Assembly: GCF_048593235.1 (NCBI RefSeq)
Contig: NC_133617.1
Span: 530,080,958-530,144,957 of the forward strand
Source: Sminthopsis crassicaudata
Lineage: Eukaryota
DNA length: 64,000 bases
Direction of reading: 5' to 3'
A program made the translations under genes and the position numbers. Positions 63,690 through 64,000 of the stretch are shown here, one piece after another. The first letter of the stretch is position 1. Each line of letters begins with the position of its first letter. A model generated the notes under the pieces. It searched no databases. It had not been told where the DNA came from and saw only the letters and a list, made by a program, of their open reading frames with translations.

Positions 63690-64000
63690 TGTAGACCCAG
63701 AGTTGTCTATCCCAAAGATATTTTAAATATCATATCATACCCTATAAGACCGACTAATATGATAGAAGGGAAAAATGACAAATGTTGGATGGGATGTGGA
63801 AAAATTGGGATATAAATACACTGTTGGTATAAAGGTGAACTGATCCAACCATGTTGGAGAACAATCTCAAATTATGTGCAAAAAGTTATAAAACTGTGAT
63901 ATTATTTAACTCAGAAATACCACTATAAGGTCTGTTTCTCAAGATGATCAGGAGAAAAGAGAAAGAACCCACATGTCCTAAAATATTTATAATAACTCTC
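63690..64000 (+). mobile_element. L1 ORF2 C-terminal fragment (continues past the window)
   Basis: gacaaatgttggatgggatgtggaaaaattggga...ccaaccatgttggagaacaat. Confidence 0.8.

Overview
This is vertebrate genomic DNA, AT-rich and CpG-depleted. It is almost certainly from an Australian marsupial: WSINE1-, Mar1- and MIR3-type CORE-SINEs point to a dasyurid such as the Tasmanian devil or a dunnart (inference). The window is the interior of one large minus-strand gene, EPB41L4B (EHM2; band 4.1/FERM family). I resolved five consecutive coding exons by hand: 28020-27978, 26017-25939, 23409-23365, 21110-21058 and 7746-7626. All have GT-AG ends and matching phases, and they splice to 341 nt reading [113 protein letters not shown](R). 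I did not find the exons upstream and downstream of these, so they probably lie outside the window. The rest is intronic and dense in retroelements (L1, L2, CR1/L3, SINEs, two clean solo LTRs plus two LTR-like segments) and hAT DNA-transposon relics, with microsatellites and three assembly gaps. The supplied ORF track misses all real exons and is essentially repeat-derived or chance ORFs. I found no rRNA, tRNA, CRISPR or prokaryote-like system, and nothing I can support as a new biological system. The best leads are: a young solo LTR carrying a promoter, ATG and splice donor antisense to the gene; distant-branch-point architecture at one exon; a candidate in-frame alternative first exon; and a candidate stop-containing cassette exon. 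Repeat names and boundaries come from visual recognition and are approximate unless a target-site duplication (TSD) is given. Exon numbers assume the human gene model as I recall it.
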